A stretch of DNA of 64,000 nt from Thermoplasmata archaeon (GTDB lineage Archaea; Thermoplasmatota; Thermoplasmata; GCA-020350865): assembly GCA_020348445.1 (NCBI GenBank), contig CP070751.1:279672-343671 (forward strand), in the 5' to 3' direction. The position numbers and the translations under genes were made by a program. Below, one piece after another: positions 48,187-56,700 of this stretch; position 1 is the stretch's first letter; the number at the start of each line of letters is the position of its first letter. Below the pieces are notes generated by a model. It saw only the letters and a list, made by a program, of their open reading frames with translations. It did no database searches and had not been told where the DNA came from.

Positions 48187-49056
48187 TTGGCTGCAAAGAG
48201 AACCTCAAGAACCACGGCACGAAAGGTGAAGGACAAGTGGCGGTCCAAGGAGTGGTACAGGATTCTTGCCCCTGACATGTTCAACAATGCCCAGATAGCG
48301 GAGACCCTAAGCGATGAAAAGGAGAAATTGATAGGCAGAGTAACAGAGGTCACTATGCAGGATCTGACTGGCGATTTCTCGAAGATGCACATAAAACTTC
48401 AATTTAAGATCAATGATGTGAGCGGTTTCGATGCCCATACACATTTTATTGGCCATACACTGACAAGCGACTACATCAGGAGATTGACAAGAAGAAAACA
48501 TTCGAAAACAGATGGTGTATTTGATGTGCTAACAAAAGACAAGGCCCTGGTTCGGGTTAAGCCAATGGCAGTCACTGAAAAGAGAATCCAAGTATCCCAG
48601 CAGCAGGCTATTCGCGGCATCATGAGGAATATCATAGATAAGGAAGCAAAAAAGCGAATGAGTAGCGAATTCATTAAGGAGCTGCTCTCAGGTAATATCT
48701 CAAAAAATATATTGAAGGCCTGCAAGCCCATATATCCGTTGAAGAGGGTGGAGATACGCAAATCCGAGGTTCTTAGATTGGCTACAGAGAAGGTTGTGGA
48801 GGCACCAACCGAACCAAAGGCCGAGGTAGAGGCCGAGAAGACAATCGAGGAAGATGTAATGGAAGTTGTTGGGGAAGAACTTGAGGAAGAAAAACCGATT
48901 GAGAAAAAAGAGATACCTCCACCTCCGCCTCCCCCGCCCCCTCCAGAAGAACAGGAAACCAAGGTTACCCCCAAGATACCACCTCCTCAGGAAGATGAGG
49001 TTTCCGAGGTAGAGGAAGAATTACCAAAAAAAGTCGAGAAAATTACAGAGGATTAA
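48187..49056 (+). CDS. rps3ae: 30S ribosomal protein S3Ae (eS1) with long acidic/Pro-rich C-terminal extension
   Basis: KVKDKWRSKEWY.I.AP..F, GRV.EVT..DLTGDFSK.H.KL.F, IYPLKRVEIRK.EV. TTG start with AAGGAG SD. Confidence 0.95.
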   Translation: MAAKRTSRTTARKVKDKWRSKEWYRILAPDMFNNAQIAETLSDEKEKLIGRVTEVTMQDLTGDFSKMHIKLQFKINDVSGFDAHTHFIGHTLTSDYIRRLTRRKHSKTDGVFDVLTKDKALVRVKPMAVTEKRIQVSQQQAIRGIMRNIIDKEAKKRMSSEFIKELLSGNISKNILKACKPIYPLKRVEIRKSEVLRLATEKVVEAPTEPKAEVEAEKTIEEDVMEVVGEELEEEKPIEKKEIPPPPPPPPPPEEQETKVTPKIPPPQEDEVSEVEEELPKKVEKITED

Positions 49057-49097
49057 AACTCTCTCTTTTACATATTTGAAAATTATCATTATCATGT

Positions 49098-49241
49098 GCC
49101 GAGGTGGCTCAGCCTGGTGGAGCGTCGGACTCATAGGGTTGCGCTTTGCGCTCCAAGGCACCTTTCTGGGAAATCCGGAGGTCACGGGTTCAAAAACAGG
49201 CCAGTTAAGTGCTGACACTGTTGAAATCCCCGTCCTCGGCA
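49098..49241 (+). tRNA. tRNA-Met(CAU), elongator type, with two BHB introns (37/38: 49136-49172; 59/60: 49195-49227)
   Basis: Acceptor GCCGAGG/CCTCGGC-A, D arm GCTC/GAGC, anticodon stem TCGGA/TCCGG with CAT at 49132-49134, T stem ACGGG/CCCGT. Both introns fold into bulge-helix-bulge motifs. No encoded CCA. Oligo-T follows. Confidence 0.92.
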
Positions 49242-49248
49242 CTTTTTT
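49187..49248 (+). repeat. 62-bp direct repeat, copy 1 (tRNA 3' end with T-loop intron and terminator Ts)
   Basis: GGTTCAAAAACAGG...CCTCGGCACTTTTTT, identical to 49894-49955. Confidence 0.95.
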
Positions 49249-49299
49249 CTAATTCACCATAAATTATAATTAAGCAGAAATCAATAGATATAGGACCAT

Positions 49300-49881
49300 A
49301 TGGAAGGGGTAATAATGAGTTTGATTGACCAATTGAAAGGAAATGGAAACGAGGCTCCTACAAAAGTGTATGCTTTGGTTTTTGTTATATCTTTTATCGT
49401 GTTAGCAGGAAATATTATCATTCTCTGGGTGAACTTTCTTCCTCAAATGCAGGATGCTGCCGAAGAAACAGAAGAGATAATAGAGGATTCAGAGGAGGGT
49501 AATCCAATAATACGAGCAGATGCAATTCCCAAGATTAGATTTGTTTATATTCTTTACTTGATATGTTTTGGAATATTGGATAGCGTCCTCGCCCTAATGC
49601 TTTGGAGAAACCAGGTTCCGAAAAGCCAGGAACCTGTTATTAAGGCACTGGCAAATACCTATGTCTTTGTAAGGTTATTCAATATTTTTATTATAACTAT
49701 GTTATCAATAATCGTTCTAGTTGGATCAGATTATTTGCTAGCTTTAAATCTTTTATATGTATCAATTTTGTTCTTTTCGATTGTAAGTTTATTTTATATC
49801 ATTTACCTTAAGAGGAAGATTTTAAGCGAAAAAATGGATAATGAGATCACGTTTAAAATCCCTGATGAAGTAACCCCTTGA
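49300..49881 (+). CDS. Hypothetical membrane protein (~4 TM), sole cargo between the repeats
   Basis: 193-aa ORF with four hydrophobic stretches. Likely start ATG 49315. Confidence 0.6.
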   Translation: MEGVIMSLIDQLKGNGNEAPTKVYALVFVISFIVLAGNIIILWVNFLPQMQDAAEETEEIIEDSEEGNPIIRADAIPKIRFVYILYLICFGILDSVLALMLWRNQVPKSQEPVIKALANTYVFVRLFNIFIITMLSIIVLVGSDYLLALNLLYVSILFFSIVSLFYIIYLKRKILSEKMDNEITFKIPDEVTP

Positions 49882-49893
49882 TATGGTATTCCA

Positions 49894-49955
49894 GGTTCAA
49901 AAACAGGCCAGTTAAGTGCTGACACTGTTGAAATCCCCGTCCTCGGCACTTTTTT
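49894..49955 (+). repeat. 62-bp direct repeat, copy 2 (att-like duplicate of tRNA 3' end)
   Basis: Identical to 49187-49248, offset 707 bp. Confidence 0.95.
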
Positions 49956-50150
49956 TATCTGTGTTTCTTATAAAGCTCCTAATCTGATTAATCATTCATT
50001 ATTTTTTAACCAAAGGATCCATTAAATTAATACGAAAGTATAATTTTATTTCCCTATAGCATGATTATCTTCAAGATATATGTATAATAAGGAAAAATAT
50101 TTATACATTAAGGCCATATATGTTACTAATGGAACATTGAGGAAGATAAA

Positions 50151-50858
50151 ATGAGCCTTTCGGATAGATATGAATACTATCCAACAATTTCTCAGAAGAA
50201 TAATGATGATTTTATTTTTAAAGGAAGAATATTTACCGACAATTCAAATATAATAAATCTTAAACTACACCGAAAACTTTCCTTAAAAATTTTTTGGATA
50301 TATTTTTTCATTTTCAATGTGCCTTTTTTTATGCTAATTATTTTATTAAGTCACCCCGAATACGGAATAATTACAAATTATAAACCGGAAATATTTATCC
50401 CATTCTATATTTTTTTATGCTTAATTATCGGGACCGAATGTGGTTTTTTAGTAATTAACAGATTAAAGCAATCATTGAAAATTATACAAAATAATGTTTG
50501 CGATACAAAATGGAATGTTATAGTAAGAGACAAGTTGTATTTCAAACGCCCACCATATCAAGTTCATGAAATCTTGATTTCAAGTCTTTCTTCATTTCAC
50601 TGGAATATTCTATACGAAAAAAAGTATTACAAAGGTGTTCCGATTTTTGTAAAGATCATAGGTGTTACAAATCTTGGATTATTTTTGAATCCTGATATTT
50701 TCATTATCTGTGTATGTAAGAATGAGAGAGGTTATACAACAGTTGATTGTTCAATTAGGCCGCATTCAAATGCATCTGAACTTGGATCTTACAGGTGCAA
50801 AAAACGCCTTGAAAAGCTAATGAACTGCTTGAGTTCCTGCGAGGATATCAGGTATTGA
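50151..50858 (+). CDS. Hypothetical AT-rich membrane protein
   Basis: 235-aa ORF with two hydrophobic segments, visibly AT-richer than its neighbours. Confidence 0.5.
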   Translation: MSLSDRYEYYPTISQKNNDDFIFKGRIFTDNSNIINLKLHRKLSLKIFWIYFFIFNVPFFMLIILLSHPEYGIITNYKPEIFIPFYIFLCLIIGTECGFLVINRLKQSLKIIQNNVCDTKWNVIVRDKLYFKRPPYQVHEILISSLSSFHWNILYEKKYYKGVPIFVKIIGVTNLGLFLNPDIFIICVCKNERGYTTVDCSIRPHSNASELGSYRCKKRLEKLMNCLSSCEDIRY

Positions 50859-50874
50859 GCTTTCAAGAAGTTTA

Positions 50875-51828
50875 TTAGTCCCTCACTCCTTCCTCACAGA
50901 GCGTAACCACGGCTTCTCCATCCGGAAGACTGGGGGAATCCACAAGCCTGCAAATTCTTTTTCCGCCCTTGCTTTTTCTCATGTAGATTCTGAATGTTGC
51001 TGTGTGTCCCACGATATGACCGCCGATGGGTCTTGTTGGGTCGCCGAAAAACGCATCAGGTTTGGCGGAAACCTGGTTCGTAACGAGAATCACAGCGTTG
51101 TTCAAATCAGCGAACCTCTGAAGGTCGTGCATGTGCCTGTTCAGCTTCTGCTGGCGCTCGGCCAATGCTCCCCTGCCGATGTACTCTGCACGAAAATGAG
51201 CAGTAAGTGAATCCACAATAAGAAGTTTAACAGGAAATTCCTTTGCAAGGGCCTTTGCCCGGTCCATCAAAAGCATCTGATGATGGGAATTAAATGCCCT
51301 TGCGACATGTACATTTGTTAAGGCTTCCTGGGGATCCAAATCCAGGGCTCCTGCGATCTGTACTATCCTTTCAGGTCTGAAGGTGTTCTCTGTATCTATC
51401 ATCAAGGCATGACCTCCCAGACCGCCCTGATCCTCTGGTAACTGGACATTCACAGCCAGCTGATGCGCAATCTGGGTTTTTCCGGAGCCAAACTCCCCAT
51501 AAAGCTCGATAATCGCCTGGCTCTCAAATCCTCCGCCCAACAGTTCATCCAGGGCCTTTACTCCGGATGTGAGCTTTCCAACTGCCTTTCTTCTCTCAAG
51601 GAGTGCATCCCCTGTTTCGAAGTTTCCGATATCTGCCTCCCTCTTTGCTAGGTTGATGATTTTATTGGCAGTGGCCTCGCCTATCTCCGCCATCTCAGCA
51701 AGGTTCTTTGGAGACTCCACGGCTATGGTCATCAGGTCCGAGTAACCTGCCTCTCTCAATTTTTCCGCAGTTGCTGGTCCTACTCCTGGCAACTCATCTA
51801 TTTTCATTTCTTCGGTCATTTTATTCAC
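50875..51828 (-). CDS. radA: DNA repair and recombination protein RadA
   Basis: Hh[11 protein letters not shown], Walker [45 protein letters not shown]. No intein. Confidence 0.97.
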   Translation of the reverse strand: MNKMTEEMKIDELPGVGPATAEKLREAGYSDLMTIAVESPKNLAEMAEIGEATANKIINLAKREADIGNFETGDALLERRKAVGKLTSGVKALDELLGGGFESQAIIELYGEFGSGKTQIAHQLAVNVQLPEDQGGLGGHALMIDTENTFRPERIVQIAGALDLDPQEALTNVHVARAFNSHHQMLLMDRAKALAKEFPVKLLIVDSLTAHFRAEYIGRGALAERQQKLNRHMHDLQRFADLNNAVILVTNQVSAKPDAFFGDPTRPIGGHIVGHTATFRIYMRKSKGGKRICRLVDSPSLPDGEAVVTLCEEGVRD

Positions 51829-51913
51829 CGTTTTGTTTGTTTTTTCCGTAATTAATGGTAATTTGAACTTATAAGGCTATCTATGAGGGGTGGGTGAAAG
51901 TAATGCTTTACAA

Positions 51914-51937
51914 AGCTCCGTCCTTTAGGACGGGGTT
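51914..51937. repeat. GC-rich hairpin resembling an IS200/IS605 terminal palindrome (may serve as purP terminator)
   Basis: AAGCTCCGTCCT-TT-AGGACGGGG: 9-bp stem with one G-T pair. No transposase nearby. Confidence 0.45.
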
Positions 51938-51980
51938 CTTTAATTCCCTCTCTCCCTTTGCTTTAGCATAGGGCTTGCAT

Positions 51981-53138
51981 CTATGTAACAATCTCCTCCA
52001 CCTTGTCCATCTCAATTGCACGCCTGACCTCCATGGCCACTCTTCTTCCTGTGCTTAGATTGATTCTCCAAAGCGTATTGCCGTACGGATGCCCCACCGA
52101 CATGTGGACATTGGTTCCGCCTCCAACCCTTGGCGCGACATCGTAGATAAAGAAGTCAAGATCCTTGTCAACACAGGTCTGCAAACAGAAAGGCCCTATT
52201 ATTCCTGGAGGATGATGTTCCCGGGTCGCCTCAACGTACTTCTCTGCAAGCGGGAAAACCTTCTCCAAAAGGGATTCACGAAGCGTTGCACTGTTGTGGC
52301 CGCAAACTGTATACTCGGGGTTCATCTGCTCCTCGGCTAGCTCCATCTGCTGAGGTGCAGGCAACCTCACATGCCCGTCTAAGCTGGTTTCGAATCGCCA
52401 GTCAACCCCGATAAGCTCGATTTTCGCATTCGATTTCTCGATAGGTGAATAAAAGAAATCGAAGTTGAATACAGGCCCTAGGATATAGCGTTCGATCCTA
52501 GCATTTTTCAAAGCCTCTTCAGTTATCACGTTCTGTTTCAATAGTTGTTCTGATTTCTTTAGATATTCATTATAAGATGAGGCACTAAAAAATCCACGCT
52601 CCAGTTTTTTGACTGCATGATGTAGTTTTATGATGCTGAGTTCCTTAATTTCCTCTGGATTTTCAACCTTATCGGGGAAGGGTAGTCCAGCCTTTTCCAA
52701 AAGCCAGTAGTAATCCTGTTTTTCTCCCCTTTCCTCTGTTCTTAAGAGGTTTCTGCTCCCCACCATGGGCACCCTGAAATCATTTTCTATCTCGTCCAAA
52801 CCTATGTAGGACGAAAATGACCTGTTTGGTATGAAAAGAGCGTTCTCATCAATTAACATCCTTTGATTCTCGGTTTTCATGATCTCCTTGAACTTGTCGT
52901 ATATCACAGCCTTATCCACCACACCCCTTACTATATTTCCATTTCCATCCCTTTCGGCAAGAAAGTATTTGTTGTAGGTTTTCTCCCTGCCCCTCTGGCA
53001 AATGACAAGGGTCTCAAATCCTTCTTCTATTGCACCATCACAGACATCCAGTGCCGAATGGGATGCGATCATCCCAAGCTTTGCCTTATCTAGGTCATAC
53101 TCCTTTAAAACTTCCTTTATCTCATCTCTTTCAATCAT
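51981..53138 (-). CDS. purP: PurP family ATP-grasp formate-AICAR ligase (FAICAR synthetase or paralog)
   Basis: ASHSALD, IPNRSF, ERGFF, HVRLPA, GIIGPFCLQ, APRVGGGTN. Confidence 0.85.
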   Translation of the reverse strand: MIERDEIKEVLKEYDLDKAKLGMIASHSALDVCDGAIEEGFETLVICQRGREKTYNKYFLAERDGNGNIVRGVVDKAVIYDKFKEIMKTENQRMLIDENALFIPNRSFSSYIGLDEIENDFRVPMVGSRNLLRTEERGEKQDYYWLLEKAGLPFPDKVENPEEIKELSIIKLHHAVKKLERGFFSASSYNEYLKKSEQLLKQNVITEEALKNARIERYILGPVFNFDFFYSPIEKSNAKIELIGVDWRFETSLDGHVRLPAPQQMELAEEQMNPEYTVCGHNSATLRESLLEKVFPLAEKYVEATREHHPPGIIGPFCLQTCVDKDLDFFIYDVAPRVGGGTNVHMSVGHPYGNTLWRINLSTGRRVAMEVRRAIEMDKVEEIVT

Positions 53139-53265
53139 TAATCCTCACCCCCAATCGTGATGGGGTAATGGTATTTTATAAGATAAATATTGGGGTAGCA
53201 TCTGAACCTGTTTGTCACCAATCAACGTAAATAGATATTATATAGAAACGCAACCTTATTAATTT

Positions 53266-53769
53266 ATGATGAAGCCGGATTTCGATACTCTCTTAAAAAA
53301 CGCCACCTCATTGGCCGATATATTCGAAATTGTCAAGACCGCTGTTTTAGAGAGCGATAAGAAGAGCAGGGGAGGCCTTATGCTGGGTCTTGCCGATCTG
53401 GGAAACCATCCTCAGGGATGGATGGGAGCCTTCTATCCAGTGGGTACAAACATAATTGTGATGAACAAAATTCCCCTGCAAAGGATCAAGGAGACCAATC
53501 TGAAATTGTACAAACCCTACGCCTTTCATGTTCTGCTTCACGAATACATACACTCCCTGGGTTATTTGGATGAAGGTTTGGCAAGAAAGAAGGTATATGA
53601 GATCACCAAAGCCGTGTTTGGAGAGGAGCACCTTTCAACCCAGCTTGCAAAGGACACATCAACTTTTTTTCCGAATCTTGTGTATCCGGATGTTTTATGG
53701 CGACCAGAGGATTTGCATATCGAGCTCGTTGAAGGGTTCGATTATGGAAGTGTGAATTACATTGGTTAG
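53266..53769 (+). CDS. Hypothetical protein with HExxH zinc-binding motif
   Basis: HVLLHEYIHSLGYLDE. Confidence 0.6.
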   Translation: MMKPDFDTLLKNATSLADIFEIVKTAVLESDKKSRGGLMLGLADLGNHPQGWMGAFYPVGTNIIVMNKIPLQRIKETNLKLYKPYAFHVLLHEYIHSLGYLDEGLARKKVYEITKAVFGEEHLSTQLAKDTSTFFPNLVYPDVLWRPEDLHIELVEGFDYGSVNYIG

Positions 53770-53779
53770 ATGAAAAAAA

Positions 53780-56700
53780 TCATGTGCCCACAAAAATGAA
53801 CTTGGTTTGGCCACTTGTGGAAATCTGATAACCTTCACCCATCACAACATCAACATCGTATACCCCCTCTAGCATTCTCGTAGAATGCCAACCCCATCGA
53901 TACTCTGAATAGATATAATAGTTGATTCCCACCGTGTTTTCTATATTCTGGCAGTACCAATTTACGCTTTGATCAGCAGCAAGTTTTAAAGGCATGCTTA
54001 GGGTATCATAACCAGAATCATAAGAAGCAGTCCAAACACCGATGCTGTAGCTGGAAACTCCCCTTTCACCCGTACTTTGGTTCACAGGCACGATAACATA
54101 GTAATACTCTGTTTCGGGGATTGCTGCCTGCCGGTCCTTGAACGTGGTCGTGTCAATGGACAGGCTTGCGATCTGCTCATAGTCCTGATCCAAGTTGCCC
54201 CAGAATCCATCCCTTTTTGCGGAACGCAAAACGAAAAACCTATCATCTGAACCTATGTTTGTAGGTTGGGCCCAGCTTAAGGTGATTGTCCCATAGTTGT
54301 CCACAGAGGCAGTCAAGGAGTCTGCATCGCCATTTATATGGCTTGTATCAAAACCAAATGGGGTGTTTTCGTATTGGATCATAGCCCCGGGCATACCGCA
54401 AAATGTATATGTTGTAGGATACGAGAACATTGCCTCGTAACCCTCTCCTACTACCATATCTGTATTATTATGTTGACAATCTCCAGAATTATGCCGAACC
54501 CAACGATGATCTGATCCCATCCATTTGATATATCCTGCCCTCATGTCTGTGGAGTACCACTCAACATCGCGCGTTTGCAGAGGTTCCAAAGGCAAAGAAA
54601 AAGTGTTCAGATAACCAACAAACTGCGAGGTCCATTTTCCAACTGTTCTGCTTGTTGCGCTGACCTTTCCATCGATACTAATGGCTCTTATAATGTAGTA
54701 ATATTGCTGCCGATAATTATCCTCTCCAGGCTTGGCTGCATAGGTATCGTTCCAAGTTGTTCTTTTCGGTATGATCCCATTATCGTCATGTGAATCGGTA
54801 CGCTTCCAAGGTTGCGAGAAGTCAAATTCGGTTTGACTTTCTGATCTGTAGATAAGATAATATGCCATTGTTTTTGCATTTGGAGTTGTCCATGAAAGTC
54901 GAATGTTGTCCCCTAATCCGTTAACACGACCTTTATCATCCACAACTGTAATTGACAACGTGGGAGGTTTTGGGTCCGGTGTTTTCACGGTGATCATGGT
55001 CTTTGGAAAGAGTCGCATAACAGGGGTATCAGCCCAATTGTTGTAACTTATTCTCGATTGCGTGAAGTTGTTGGCCTCCCGGTAACCAGGATTTAAGGAT
55101 GTTATATCGAAATCTACGGTCCACGTTTCTCCAATAAAAAGACTGCTTAAGTTCCATTCAAGGATCGTATACCCTAAATCATTTACATAAATATAATCAG
55201 GTGCAATTGAAAAGCTCCCAGGGACATAGTCTATATCTGGGGGTAAAACATCTCTTACCAAGGGATTTGAATCTGATGGATCAGGGTCGTAACCCGCCAT
55301 CTTGTATACTATAGTGGTCAACTCATCATAAATGGCCCTGAATTTATCGATTGAGTCCACAGGGAAGTATTGCGCCCCTGTGATTCTTGCGATTTCCTTT
55401 AATAGCTTACTATCTTGCGAGCCACTTAAATCCAGGGTAAATATAAAAGTCCTGTTCTCCCGGGCCCAATACGCCACAGTTTCTGGGTCCAGATCCCCGT
55501 TCCAACCCCCGTCTGTAAACAGGATTATGATATGATTATGATCACTTCGACCATTTGCATTCAACTCTTGCAGGGCTTCGAGCAGGGCTTCACCCATGTA
55601 TGTGAACTCCCCGACCCCGGGTATATTTTCGATATTAGTTTTGAGTCTATTGTAATTGCTGGTCAAAGAATTCATCAGCACAACATCGGTATCGAAATGC
55701 ATAATTGCTCCCCTATCAGGGGAACTCATGTTCTCCACATATTCTATAGCAATCTCTTTTGCGAATTCAATATCACCAGGCAGCATGCTGTTTGATCTGT
55801 CGATTACAAGGACAACATCTTGGGGAAGGTCCTTTTCTATACCAAATCCCCTTCCTGTGACGTTCAATGTTATGGTGGCCTTCTCAGGGGAGCCATATCC
55901 AAGAACATTGATGTGGGTGGGGGTGACGTGCTTCAAAGGCAAAAGATAAGGATAGAACCTAGTTTGAACCAAGGCCGAGGATTGGATTGAGGGATTTGAA
56001 TTTGCCTTTACTGTAACGATGGTATCACCGGAATCTCCTGATAATTCGGATTGTAGTATGGAGATCTTTACAGAAATATCTACAAAGGAAAGAGCAGCAA
56101 CAGAAATATCTGGAGCACCATCGGAATCTGAATCAGTTATCTTTGTTAGCTTATCTTCTTCATAAAACTCGATTATCCAATTTGGAAGGGATTGATAAAA
56201 CAAATCGACAAGTTCTCCTGTGTCCATTTTGTTTGTTATCTTTAAATCGTACCACAATACATCACTCGGTTCTCCAAATTTATATTGACTTACAGGACTT
56301 ATTTGTAAAAAAGGTATGGAGGGCTCCGAATCAAATACCCATCCTGCCTGCCCTGATGTAAAATCATTATAACCTTGATAGGCGCCCATGCCGTCAGGGA
56401 TCCTCTTTATAGTCTTGTCCACTTGATGTGCAGAATTCCAACCAACCATATCGAGCAAGGAGCCGTAATTATCGTAAAGGTATACATTATCAGAGGATTT
56501 GGATAGATGTCCATTGTCAAATAACATGGGAGCATCGTCTCTAAATATTATATAGTAAGGATCATCTGGCTTCAAAATATAGCTTTCTGTTATGGAAAAT
56601 ATATTGTCTGTTGCTATTGTAAAACCATTCAGGTCAATGGACGTTGAACCAATGTACATCAATTCTATGAATCCATCTTCAGGCTCAGAGGGATTGAACA

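Larger units (their letters stand above)
49187..49955. mobile_element. Minimal tRNA-integrated element remnant (attL/attR-like), no integrase
   Basis: Duplicated tRNA 3' end flanking one orphan ORF. Confidence 0.6.

Noticed and set aside
48012-48974. Minus-strand ORFs including a poly-Gly one
   Set aside because: Antisense shadows of rps3ae and its poly-Pro tract.
49098-49241. tRNA-Ile2(CAU) or initiator tRNA-Met
   Set aside because: The G1-C72/C2-G71 acceptor and the 37/38 intron fit elongator Met. Initiator has A1-U72 and Ile2 usually starts GGG. Not proven without modification data.
49894-49955. 3' half of a split (trans-spliced) tRNA
   Set aside because: The upstream bases (CCAGG) do not complete the T stem, no complementary leader is evident, and the intact gene is adjacent. 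An att-like duplicate is simpler.
50875-51828. Intein in RadA
   Set aside because: Normal length (317 aa) with uninterrupted Walker A and B regions.
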